DNA of 64,000 nucleotides from the NCBI RefSeq assembly GCF_006345805.1, contig NC_042997.1:140678001-140742000 (forward strand), in the 5' to 3' direction. Position numbers and translations under genes: made by a program. Shown piece by piece: positions 22,691 to 34,923 of the stretch. Under the pieces are notes generated by a model. That model saw only the letters and a list, made by a program, of their open reading frames with translations, did no database searches and was not told the origin of the DNA. This DNA is from Octopus sinensis (lineage: Eukaryota). Numbering within the stretch: the stretch's first letter is position 1; every line of letters begins with the position of its first letter.

Positions 22691-23743
22691 AATAGGTTTT
22701 TATATTGATGTATCGAAAAATATAACAATATTTAGTAATATTTTTGGCAATTCTAGGCAGAAACAGTAACTAAACCTGCCTTTAAAGCAGATCTCATTGT
22801 CTTAAAACAGGAGGAACACATTGAGTAATGCAGTTTTAGATGTACGACATGGGTAACCCAAGCTTACGGTGTGAAGCAGAAAATTTGAAAATATAAATTT
22901 GCTTTGTGTACGCTAAAATTATGGCTCGTGCACAAACAAATTTCGATGCAACTTCAGCTTTTCAACTGTAACCATCCTGATTCGCAACCCCAGTCCGTAA
23001 ACCCTAGCCTTAACTTTTCAACTCTAATCTGAAACTCTAAGCTTAAACTCAAATCTAACCCTAAAACCATAACCCTTAACCCAAAACCCAGCTTGTTTCT
23101 GACCGAGCTCCTAACCCACCAAATATAAGAAGAGACTTAAATTTTATTTTTGTACGCGTGCATTAGTGTGCTCGTCAGTTATTTGTTACGAAAACGTTCC
23201 CTTTCAGACATTGTAAGTCCGAGATTACCTTCAGTATCTTCAGATAAAATGGGATGGCCACGTTTTTGATCACAGGTTTTTTTGTTCAAAACTGACTTGA
23301 GGCTTAACAACTAGTATAACCAGCCAAAGTTTCGCAAAAAATATTTAATAATGGAGAAAAATTATCGGGTGACTTTCGATAATCCTTTATGTTTTACATT
23401 GACTGAAGAAAATTTAATGTTTCTATCTGTTCCTGACATGCAGTGGTGTTGTTGAATGCGGTGCCTTAACAATGTAAATCCTTAATCTGTTATTCTTACA
23501 TCTAATTAAAAGCAACAGGTGTCACAAACTTTTGATATCTTGTATTCTGCTGAAAGCCTGTTTTATTTGTTACCACGTACAAAAGAACATCTTTTAGTTT
23601 AATATTTCTTAGAGAAAAAAAACTAAAAGGAAAAATATCAAACTTTAAATCTGACATTCTTCTCATCGCATATTTGCATTGTTTTTCTCGATGACATACA
23701 TTATCAGGGTTGGCACCTTGTCTCAATATTACTAACGCCGGCT

Positions 23744-24145
23744 GTGGTACTCAAGCAGGTGGTTCTGCTAGAACTCACCGCTCACTGGGATGATCGTATC
23801 AAAGAGGCAAATGAAAGTGAGAGAAGGATATATACTGATCTAGTGGAACTCTACCAATGAAAAAGGTGCCCAGCAAGGTGTGATCCTCTTGATTTGGGAT
23901 GCAGAAGGTTTGCAGGTCAGCAAGTGGAAGGTCATCACGATGGAGGTGAAGACAGCAGAGGTTACTTCAAAGTGACTGAGAGTCGGGAGGAGTGGGCCCA
24001 GGAAGGGGCAGTACTACCAGGAGTAGGACAAACTGGACGCAAGCTGGGGTTTGATTAACCCCAGCTGGTTCGCCTGGGTGAAGGTATCTGATGGGAAAAA
24101 CTCAAAACGCCTGATGACCTCAGGAAACATCACAGGATGATGTAT
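23744..24145 (+). mobile_element. HERO/R2-group non-LTR retrotransposon 3' fragment (restriction-like endonuclease region)
   Basis: KQVVLLELTAHWDDRIKEANE...RCDPLDLGCRRFAGQ matches the HERO-type ELT.PWE.R...A.ERK...EVGCRGF.G motif as I recall it. Confidence 0.65.
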
Positions 24146-24316
24146 AGAAAACAAGAGTGAATATACGAGACATGGCTCATTCATTGTTTTCTTTTGTTTC
24201 CTGTTTTACTTTATTACGGAATTCGATAATGAAACAGGGTGAGCTTAACTCTTATCAACCCTGATATTTTTTAGACTATAAAAATAATTATTTATATTTC
24301 GCCAACAATGATATTT

Positions 24317-24895
24317 TTATTATGCTCCTTGTAATAACTGTTCACAGGGGGATGACACGAATACACTCACACACAAAACACACACACACGTATGTATGTA
24401 TGTATGTATGTATGTATGTATGTATGTATGTATGTATGTATGTATGTATGTATGTCTTAAGGCTGTATCATGCGCGGGGACATAGAAATAATCAGACTGA
24501 ATACCCGATCGCGCGGTTAAACCATTGGGAGTGAAGGACTCCTAGCCTTTGTTAAGGCATCCTTCTAGGAGAAGGTAACTCAGGTAACTGGGATAACTCC
24601 GACATAAAACCTGCGGCTCAGTGGTTGCCGATGATGTTGACTTGTTCTTCTTTTCGGATTATGGCTGCTGTTGCTTAGTGAGTGGGATTGACTCAGTGCA
24701 CAGCCTTTCCTCACTTCTTGCACATGCATTGCACGATAACAACGTTGATTAAGCTTCGTGCAATGGTCATACTCGATAACGAGGGGGCAGCCACCATGTA
24801 TGTATGTATGTATGTATGCATGTATGTATGTATGTATGTATGTATGTATGTTCGTGTCATCCCCCAGTGAACAGTTATTGCAAGGAGCATAATAA
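24317..24895. repeat. 45-bp inverted repeats bracketing a microsatellite-flanked insert
   Basis: TTATTATGCTCCTTG(T/C)AATAACTGTTCAC(A/T)GGGGGATGACACGAA at 24317-24361 and reverse complement at 24851-24895. Confidence 0.75.
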
Positions 24896-25549
24896 TTTCT
24901 TCAGAATACATGTATGTGTGTGTGTAAACTGTATTTTATTTTCCTGACTGAAATTCGAAACCGAATCTAAGAATTCTCGCTCGCCAGATCCACCCGCTAT
25001 TTGCTGATCAGGCGGGAAAATCTCTTTGTCTTGTCAAAGGGAGCTGTGATCGGTGAGTTTCCACTCGACTTCCGACCTGGCTGTATCGCGAAAGTTTTCA
25101 AATGGACAGCAAAAAACCTAAATGAATATATGCTAATCTTATAATGGTATATCCATCCTTCTAGCTAGAATGGGCCATTATAAATACCAGTGAGCTGAGG
25201 GAGACCAGAGAGATAACTACAGACTCGACAGAACAAACGAGGTAGATGAGCGAACACACGCACGGGCACAAAGTATGCCTTTGTACTGTCTCACCCCATC
25301 ATCACTCTCTCTCCTCCGTTTTACTTCGCGCATTTCTCTGCGTACACAACTTCGCCGACTCGAAGTAGTTGGCTACATTATGTAGTGGCATATTTGTTCA
25401 TATTCCAAATCAAGCTTCAAGCATCTAACAATTGAATGCAACTGCGACCAAATAAATAATGTAAACTACATTCCTATTCTTTCTTCATTGTTTTTCATCG
25501 ATACCAGACAACACGTCTGACGCCATCTGCTACGCCTGACAACTTACAT

Positions 25550-25717
25550 TGATCCCTCAACATTACATTCCGCTACACACACACGTATGTATGTATGTAT
25601 GTATGTATGTATGTATGTATGTATGTATGTATGTATGTATGTATGTATGTACGTACGTATGTACATGCATGCGTACGTACATGCATGCATGCATACATAC
25701 ATACATACATACATACA

Positions 25718-25750
<33 letters not shown>

Positions 25751-26970
25751 TTAGATCAGGACGTTTTATCAATGGGCGATGGATTTACTCCTTTGATAAT
25801 TGTGTTTCCGATTTTAAGAGCGAATATCCAAATGTGCCTCTGCCAACAAAGCAGGTGATTAATTCTCTGATTAGAAAGTTTAGGGAGACGGGCTCAATTG
25901 AAAACAAGAAACACGTTCGCCGACGCACCCACCTTTCTGATGATGTTGTGGAAGATATCCGTCAACGAATTCTTCGCAGTCCCAGGAAATCTGTGCGATG
26001 TTTGTCTAACGAAACTGGATTATCTGTTGGCAGCTGCCATACTGCTCTTCGCAAATCGTCTGTAGTTATCCCTCAGCTCACTGGTATTTATAATGGCCCA
26101 TTCTAGCTAGAAGGAGGGTATACCATTATAAGATTAGCATATGTTCATTTAGGTTTTTATGAACACATACCGCGCGTCTTCTTTATATGAACTTATTCCT
26201 GCTGATTTTACCAAAAGATTGGATTACTGCAAATGGTTCCAAGAAAACATGGATGACAACCAACTTGACATCACCTTCTTCAGTGGCGAGGCTTGAATTC
26301 ACCTATCGGGATACCTAAATTCGCAAAACACTCGCATCTGGAGTGCTCCCAATCCTCACGAGTTTGTCAAATCACCCTTACATGCAGTGAAGATTGGTGT
26401 ATGGGTGGCTGTCAGCGGGCGAAGAATAGCAGGACCGATTTTTTCCCAAGAAACCTTGAATTCGGAACGTTATTGTGAGATAATCGATCAGTTTGTTGAG
26501 CAGCTAACTGAGAATGAAAACAGTAATGCATGGCTTTAACAAGACTCAGCAACATGTTATGTTAGAAACCACATTTTGTTTCGCTTACGACAAACTTTTG
26601 AACACAGGTTAATCACAAAAGGCCTCTGGCCACCCAGATCGCCAGACTTAACGCATCGCGATTTCTTTTTATTCGGCTATATCAAGGACGCTGTGTTTGC
26701 AAAGAATTCGCATACACTTGATGAATTGTGTACGGATATTCCTGATATTTTCCCAAATATCCCACGTGAAGTTTTGATTAATGTGCTCCAGAACAAACAT
26801 CATCGTGTTGTCTACAACGTGGCAGCCAACAATTTCAACACCTTTTGTAACCAGTTTGATGTTGTAACTTTTAAATGAGTATTTTAATAAAAGTGGGTTT
26901 GTCTATAATATTGCACATTCTTTAGAACTATTAACAAATACAACTGAGTCAACTTTTAAATTGAACACCA
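25550..26970 (+). mobile_element. Tc1/mariner superfamily element, decayed transposase (rosa/Visitor-like; 38 residues between 2nd and 3rd Asp)
   Basis: HTH region IRKFRETGSIENK...SPRKSVR.LS.ETGLS, then FSGEA*IHLSGYLNSQNTRIW, *QDSAT and WPPRSPDLTHRDFFLFGYIK; right TIR-like end TTTTAAATTGAACACCA|TA at ~26970; left TIR not found. Confidence 0.8.
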
Positions 26971-27835
26971 TATATATATATAGATACGTATGTATGTATG
27001 TATGTATGTATGTATGTATGTATGTATGTATGTATGTATGTATGTATGTATGTATGCATTGTAGAAATGAGTTGCGACGTCACAGGTGCCAAGCTGTATC
27101 GACCTTAGTCTTTCCCTTGGATAACACTGGTGGCGTGGAGAGGGGAGGCTGGTATGCATGGGCGACTGCTGGTCTTCCATAAACAACCTTGCCCGGACTT
27201 GTGTCTAGGAGGATAACTTTCTAGGTGCAATCCCATGGTCATTCATGACCGAAGGGGGTCTTTACCCCTTATGCATGTATGTATGTGTGTATGTATGTAT
27301 GTATGTATGTATGTATGTATGTATGTATGTATGTATGTATGTATGTATGTATGTATGTATGCGCGATAGTCTCATGTGCAGTTTCTGTCTGCCAAAATCC
27401 ACTCACAAGGCAACAAAGCATTGGTCAACCAAAACTTAGTATAGGATACACTTATCACAGTGTTACACAATGGGTTCGAATCCGTGCCAAAGTAGCTGTG
27501 AAGCGAACTTCTTTTCCACGCTGCAATCTGCGTATGATATCAAATGCAATTAATTCATTTGCGGGGGATTGAAAACTGGTAACTTCTGGTCCTGTATTAA
27601 AATTAATGAAGCCAGAAAAATTGCTTGGGAGAGCAATCTTAAATACATGTGTGCGTATATGCGTGTGTCTGTGTGTACGTATGTTTTATTACGAGGACAG
27701 ACGGACGGATGGACAGGGATAAAGAACAGAACGGCTGTCTGTTTGTCAGCATTTATTAGTCACTTGTCACATCAACCTGCGAACATTTGCATTAGAAACG
27801 CCTTTGAAGCCATGATAAGGCTACTAAAACTGTAA

Positions 27836-28251
27836 GGCGGCGAGCTGGCAGAACCGTTAGCACGCCGGGCGAAATGCATAGCCTTATTTCGTCTGCCGTT
27901 ACGTTCTGAGTTCAAATTCCGCCGAGGTCGACTTTGCCTTTCATCTTTTCGGGGTCGATAAATTAAGTACCAGTTACGCACTGGGGTCGATGTAATCGAC
28001 TTAATCCCTTTGTCTGTCCTTGTTTGTCTCCTCTGTGTTTAGCCCCTTGTGGGTAGTAAAGAAATAGGTATTTTGTCTGCCGTTACGTTCTGAGTTCAAA
28101 TTCCGCCGAGGTCGACTTTGCCTTTCATCCTTTCGGGGTCGATAAATTAAGTACCAGTTACGCACTGGGGGTCGATGTAATCGACTTAATCCGTTTGTCT
28201 GTCCTTGTTTGTCTCCTCTGTGTTTAGCCCCTTGTGGGTAGCAAAGAAACA
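27836..28251 (+). mobile_element. SINE family A dimer with TSD
   Basis: Head plus 184-bp unit x2; 22-bp TSD GATAAG(G/A)CTACTAAAACTGTAA at 27814-27835 and 28252-28273. Confidence 0.9.
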
Positions 28252-28766
28252 GATAAGACTACTAAAACTGTAATACTTTTGCCTTTTAATGGTGACAACA
28301 ATGTGCACTCCAAGCACATGCAGAAAAACAACTAATGTATTGGGCAAACATTATATTAGCAAAGATTATATCGGGCAAAATTATTTTGAGCAAACTTTAT
28401 ATTGGCAAGTGCAAGACTTGAAACAATCGGGAGACCCAGGCGTTACGCTGTTATATAAACACAGTCAAGTGAATATACAGTAGTTGGTCGCAATGTTCAA
28501 AGCTCTGTCTGTCTGTCTGTCGGTCTGTCTCTCTCCCTCTCTCTCTTCTCTTCTCTTCTCTTTTCGTTTCTTTTCTCTATATTCCTCTCACTATCTTCAT
28601 CAATATCTTCCTTTGTTCCCTTTTCTTTCCGTCGACTTCTCTCGAATCCTTGCCCCCCCCCCCCCATTCTCCCTCTCTCTCTCTCTCTCTCTCGTATCTG
28701 TATCTGTATTTCTCTTTCTCTATTTCTGTCTCCCCCTTAAATGTTACACACACACACACACACACA

Positions 28767-28797
<31 letters not shown>

Positions 28798-29112
28798 TAC
28801 ACAAACATGCACAAACACACTTACAAACACATATACACGCACACATACACAAACACAGATACGCAAATACACAATACACACACAAACATTCACACACACA
28901 ACACATACCCACATACATACACGCATGCACATACGCATGCAGTTGTCTGCCGGGTCGATTCACTCAACTGTTTTGAGTAAACCTGCCCTTAATCCTTCTG
29001 GTTGGATCTGTATATAACATTTTACACCTGCTGATGCAGCTGTTATCTTTTCATTGCACTAAACATCTAAGCATCTTGTTTTTACAACTAACACACATAT
29101 GCTACACTGCAC

Positions 29113-29201
<89 letters not shown>

Positions 29202-29304
29202 TACGCGATGCATAATTCTGTACTACTTATATATACATACACCATTCTCCTTGTACACACATACTCTATACGACACTGTTCTAAACACTATATTGCCCTA
29301 CATA

Positions 29305-30626
29305 CAGGGTATTCGGGTAAAATTTGATGACTTCTTTTTATGCCTCCTTTTTTTTCAGGAACAGCTTGATATATTGGGAACAGTCAGCGGCGTTTGAGAG
29401 CCTGAAGTTTAAAGTTCAAGTTGAGAAAAAGTTACTTGCCATGGAAGATTGGAAGCCATCTGAATATTGGGAAAGAGTTGCCTGTATCATGATGATTCGC
29501 GTCTGGTATCAAAGTGCCGACATCGTGACTGCTGTTCAATGCTCTGTGAACACTGTAAAGGCTGTAAGACATGACAGGGACAGATGCAACGAAGCCGTGA
29601 CCAGCGGGAAGGGACACAGCAGGCATTCTGACTGCGTCCGTATGTCGGTATTCACCCAACAACTGCAGGGCAAGGTGATGGAAGATCCGAGTAAGGGAAT
29701 CTGGGCTTTGGCGTGGCCCTGAGAGAAATGGGTGTTGGCCTTGAGAAAGATGGGTGTTGGCCCTGATGGGTGCTGGCTTTGAATGAGAACATTCGCTACC
29801 AGTCTTATAAGAGGCGCAAGGGGCAAATTCTTAAAATCAAGGCCAAGGAGAACTGCTTGACGAAGGTACAGGAGTTCCGGAACAAGGTGGGGCATCCTGT
29901 TGAGCCAGCGAGGATCAGGTTCTTTTCAGATGAAAAGAACTTCAAGGGCTAGTCGCACGACATCCAGAACAACAGATGGCTTGTATACAATTCATGTGAT
30001 ATCCCACGTATCATGAAAACCAAGTTCCCTCAAACTGTGATGGTCTTTGGGCGTGTCTCCTGTGAGGGGGACGTCATGTCACCCCACATATATAAATAGG
30101 GTCTAAGACTCAAAAGGCTACGTGAAGCTGCTGGAGATTGTGGTCAAACTTTCGCTAAAGAGAGTTGCTGTTGGAAGTCGAAATATGTGACAACAGGGTT
30201 CGTCCCCTTTCCATACCCCCGGAAAGAAGCCAAAGTGGTTGTCGGTAAATTTCTACGACTTCGTCCGCCCTAATTTCTAGCCCCCCCAATTCTCCCGATT
30301 GTAATCCTATGAATTACTAAATGTGCGGCGAGGTTGAGAAAGCCACCAACCGATCTTCCCACAACAGCAAACCGGAGCTGGTGGCTAGGATCAAGGAAGT
30401 GTTCAAAGATCTTCCAGGGGTCACAGTGAGGAACGCATGCGCAGGGTTCCGGAACGATCTTGTGGTCGCGGTAGAAGTTGAGGGCGGCTACTTTGAGTAA
30501 ACTGCTATGTCTGAGCCATAATCCGGCTGGTATTTTTTGATTTTATAAAATACTTTTATTCTGGGATGGGATATTGTGTTCTCTTTTCTCTTTATGCAAA
30601 TGATCAAATTTAGCCCGAACATCCGG
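29305..30626 (+). mobile_element. maT/mori-like (DD37D) Tc1/mariner element, full length but decayed
   Basis: TA TSDs; TIR CAGGGTATTCGGGTAAAATTTGA vs CCGGATGTTCGGGCTAAATTTGA; motifs FFSDEKNF, QNNRWL, HPQTVMVFG-like and PPNSPDCNPM with stops and frameshifts. Confidence 0.85.
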
Positions 30627-30650
30627 TACACACACACACACACATACATA

Positions 30651-30811
30651 GGCGCAGGCGTGGCCGTGTGGTAAGAAGCATGGCACTGCATGGCACCTTG
30701 GGCAAGTATCTTCTACTATAGTCTCGGGCCGACCAAAGCCTTGAGAGTGGATTTGGTAGGTGGAAACTGGAAAAAGTCCGTCATATATATATTATATATA
30801 TATATATATAT

Positions 30812-30856
<45 letters not shown>

Positions 30857-30859
30857 TTG

Positions 30860-30916
<57 letters not shown>

Positions 30917-31130
30917 ATATTTATCTGTCTATGTTTGTCCCCCCACCGTCGCTTGGCAACCGACATTAGTGTGCTTATGTCCCCGTAACTAAGCAGTTCA
31001 GCAAAAGAGACCGATAAAATAAGTACTAGGTTTACAAGAATAAGTCCTAGGATCGAATCGTTCGACTAAATGCGCTGCTCCAGCATGGCCGCAATCAAAT
31101 GACTGAAACAAGTAAAAGAGTAAAAGAATA
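30651..31130 (+). mobile_element. SINE family B, near full length with expanded internal (TA)n/(TG)n
   Basis: Head GGCGCAGGCGTGGCCGTGTGGTAAGAAGC through tail CTGAAACAAGTAAAAGAGTAAAAG. Confidence 0.85.
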
Positions 31131-31165
31131 TATTATATATTATATAATATAATATATATATATAT

Positions 31166-31374
31166 AATAGCAGCTAAAAAAAACTTTTTTAAACTATTTC
31201 TAATACTTAAAGAAAACCTCTCTCATATAGTGTTTGCTCAATTCAACTCACGAAAGTATGGGGGTAGAGACATACCCCCATACTTTCGTGAGTTGAATTG
31301 AGCAAACACTATATGAGAGAGGTTTTCTTTAAGTATTAGAAATAGTTTTAAAAAAGTTTTTTTTAGCTGCTATT
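31166..31374. repeat. Near-perfect palindrome, 101/102-bp arms, 6-nt spacer
   Basis: 31166-31266 vs 31273-31374 differ only by one base in a homopolymer; spacer GAGACA. Confidence 0.95.
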
Positions 31375-31829
31375 TCTAATGAGTTCAGTATGCGGCAAAG
31401 TAATTTATTTTACTAAGCCCTTTTATATAATGTAATAATTTGAATTCGCCTTAAATGGTCCCTTTGCATACTGAATACTTGGTGAAATTGATTAATTAAT
31501 TAATTTTACCCTCAATTGTTGAAATATATATATATATATATAAGGTTAATCCAAACGGGAAAACAGAAAAAACAACAACACGTGGAACAATTACAGTATT
31601 ATTATTATTAGGCGCTCAGGAAAATGGAAGAAGGAGGGTATGACGTTTCGAGCGGAGCTCTTCGTCGGAAACATAAGAGAAGGAAGAAAGAAGAAGAAGA
31701 AAGATCCCGATGTGGGCGAAAGAGGGAAAAAAAACGCGACTGGTGTTTACGAAGTATACATGCTGAAAGACCGGAAGTTTTGGAAAACAAGGGCAAAGTA
31801 GGTTTTTAAAGCCAAAAGAGTGGAGACAG

Positions 31830-33121
31830 GAAGGTTGGTAACAAAAAATGATGTGTATGTATGTGTGAGTGTGTGCGTGTGCGTGTGTGTATGTGTGTGT
31901 GAGGCGAGATAAATAAACAAAAAATATATGTATATGTTAGTGCGTGCGTCTGTATGTAAGTGTGTTTGGTAGGGCGAACAGTAGTTGACATAGCAAGTCT
32001 CAAGTGAGTGGTCAGTGGTAAAAAAAGGAGGAAGGAGGGAAAGGGTGGGGGCGTATGTAACGTGCCAGTGTGTGTGTTGAGTGGTAGTGTGTGTGTGTCC
32101 AGTGTGCGTAGTTGTATGTATGGCAAGTAAATTTGACGTGTGCGTAAGTGTAATGTATATGTATATGCAAATGTGTGTGTGTGAGTGGGTGTGTGTATGT
32201 GTGTGCGTGTGTGTATGCAAAAGTGTGTGTGTGAGTGGGTGTGTGTATGTGTGTGCGTGTGTGTACAAAAAAGGGGGGGGTATTAAGGAAAAAAAAAAAA
32301 AACTGCAGCTGAGGGAAAGATGGAAGAGTGATCCCGCGGCGACAGGCGTGGGAGAACCCAAAGACACGCGCCAGCCCCAGATACGAACAGGAGAAATAGT
32401 CGGTACCCACGAGCGTGGCGCATGCATGCGTGTATGCGTGCGCGAGCGCGCACAAGCGTGTATGTGCGCGCGCCTGCGAGTGTGTGTGTAGGTATGTGTG
32501 TGTGTGGATGTGTGAGTGTGTCTGTGTGTATGTCCGGGTGTCAGTGTGTCCGATGAATGTATGTAAGTATGTGTGTGTATATGTGTGTGTATAGATGTAT
32601 GTCCGTGTGTGTGTGTGTCTGTATGTGTATGAGTGTGTATGTATGTACGTGTGTGTGTGTGGAAGTGTGTGTGTGGAAGTGTGTGTGTGCGCGTACATGC
32701 AGGTGTGTGAGTGAGTGTGTGTATGTGTATGTATGTGTGAGTGTGTATGTCTGTGTGTGTAGGATGCATGTATGTGTATGGGTGTATGTATGTGTGTGTG
32801 TATGTATGTATGTGTACGTGCGTGTGTGTGTGTGTATGCATGTGTGCCTGTATGCGTACTGCGCGTGTGCATGCATGCATGCATGTGTGTGTGTGTGTGT
32901 GTGCATGTGTGTAGGTATATATGTATGTGCGTATATGTGTGTGTATGTGCGTGTGTATGCATGTGTGTGTATGTAGGTGTGTAGGCGTGTGTGTATAGGT
33001 GTATGTATGTAAGTATGTATGGGTGTGTCCGTGTATGTGTGTGTATGCATGTGTGTGTATGTAGGTGTGTAGGCGTGTGTGGTGATAGTGTATGTATGTA
33101 GTATGTATGATATTATATAAT

Positions 33122-33153
<32 letters not shown>

Positions 33154-33215
33154 TAGATAGATAGATAGATAGATAGATAGATACACTCATACACACACAC
33201 ATACATACACACATT
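31830..33215. repeat. ~1.4-kb degenerate (GT/GTAT)n region ending in (GATA)n
   Basis: Direct reading; source of the 479-aa and 316-aa His/Thr ORFs. Confidence 0.9.
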
Positions 33216-33512
33216 ACACTGCACTACATGTACATATGCAAATTACAACACTACCCTATGACCTCGTCAGGAGATCGGGGTCAACAATTGAGCGTTTATG
33301 CAGCGGTTTGATTTGTTAAAATTAGTAGCCAAACACCCTCAAATTACGATCTACCATGGTGGAAAGTATGCGTGGTAATACAGGATAATATAGTACTAGA
33401 TACTCAATACCCAAAAGACACGAAATGGTCACGTATGGAACGCTTTTGATAATAAGTCTGTTCGATCAGAGTTGACCTAGTGTTAAACAGCCCCATCAGC
33501 AACCAGAGTAGA

Positions 33513-33700
33513 GGCACAATGGCCCAGTGGTAAGGGCAGCGGACTCGCGGTCGTAAGAACGCGATTTCGATTCCCAGACCGGGCATTGTAAGTGTTTATT
33601 GAGCAAAAACACCCAAGCTCCACGAGGCTCCGGCGGGGTGGGGAGTGGTGAACCCCTCTGTACTCTTTCACCACAACTTTCTCTCACTCTTTCTTCTTAC
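33513..33700 (+). mobile_element. SINE family C, 5' part
   Basis: Matches 2548-2730. Confidence 0.8.
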
Positions 33701-33997
33701 TTCTGCCACAAAGCAGAGGAACCATGGTGTAATCCACTATGGTGTAGTAAGACTTCCATACCCTAGTCTAGATTACGAATCGCCTGTACCCGAGGATGGT
33801 TCAGCTCTCCACCCGTTAAAAACCACCGTTTACGGAATGAGGATAACAACGTAGCTTTCGCGCCCGTGCAACCGCCAGTCTATTGCATGTGGTGGGTGGA
33901 TCTTCAAGTTGCCACATGCATTCTTAGTAGCTTAGTGTAGGCTCGAATTAGAAATTATTCTTTGTGGCTAATGACGTGAGTCCTGATGGACGACGAC

Positions 33998-34058
33998 GAA
34001 GAAGAAGAAGAAGAAGAAGAAGAAGAAGAAGAAGAAGAAGAAGAAGAAGAAGAAGAAG

Positions 34059-34087
<29 letters not shown>
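33998..34087. repeat. Pure (GAA)n tract, about 30 units
   Basis: Direct reading. Confidence 0.95.
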
Positions 34088-34089
<2 letters not shown>

Positions 34090-34923
34090 CAGCAACTAGA
34101 ACTGCAACAGCATCAGGTTTACGATCTTGATCATGGTTATCATGATGATAATGATGATCATCATCGTCATCATCAACAACAACAAAAAACAACAACAGCT
34201 CTAGCAACTACATATACGCTTACATACTGAACACATTGATAAGACATGAAATGCAGACAATGCTAGGTAGAGGCCAGATATACACAATAGCCATACATAC
34301 GCACTGTACAGTATACATGATATACACAGACACTTAAATCATGCCACAATAGGTCATACATAGATATAATAACCATATTCATACTTAATAACCATACAGA
34401 CGGACGTAAAACGATGATGATGATGATGATGACGATGATGATGATGACGATGATGATGATGATAATGATGATGATGTTGATAAGTCGTTGACAAACGTTT
34501 ACATCACAGTGTTGAGGACCAGTTCTATTGCTTATATTTTATAATCATGGGATGGTGGATGGCAACATCGTTAGGGAGACAAAATACTTTGCGATATTTA
34601 GTCACGACCCTTTGCGTTCTGAGTTCGAATTCCACTGGAATCAATTTTGTCGTTCATCCAGAATCGGCGAAATAAGGTGAAGTCAAACACTAAGATCAAT
34701 TCTACTATCGATACACCCATCACCACGTTTCAATCCTACCCCTCCCCCACAAAAAAAAATCCCAAATGTGCCAAATATTTTACTCTTCCTCTTTTATATG
34801 AATACTGTTTTAACAAGGTACTTTCTTGGGTGCATTGTTAAAACAGTTGATTTGTCTTATAATCAAATTAAAAATTTGTCTTAAAATTAAATTAACTAAG
34901 TAGTAATATATAGACTAGAGTAA

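Noticed and set aside
31747-33224. 479-aa, 316-aa and 227-aa His/Thr/Tyr-rich ORFs
   Set aside because: Translations of degenerate (CA)n/(CATA)n repeats, which lack stops on that strand; no domain or splice support.
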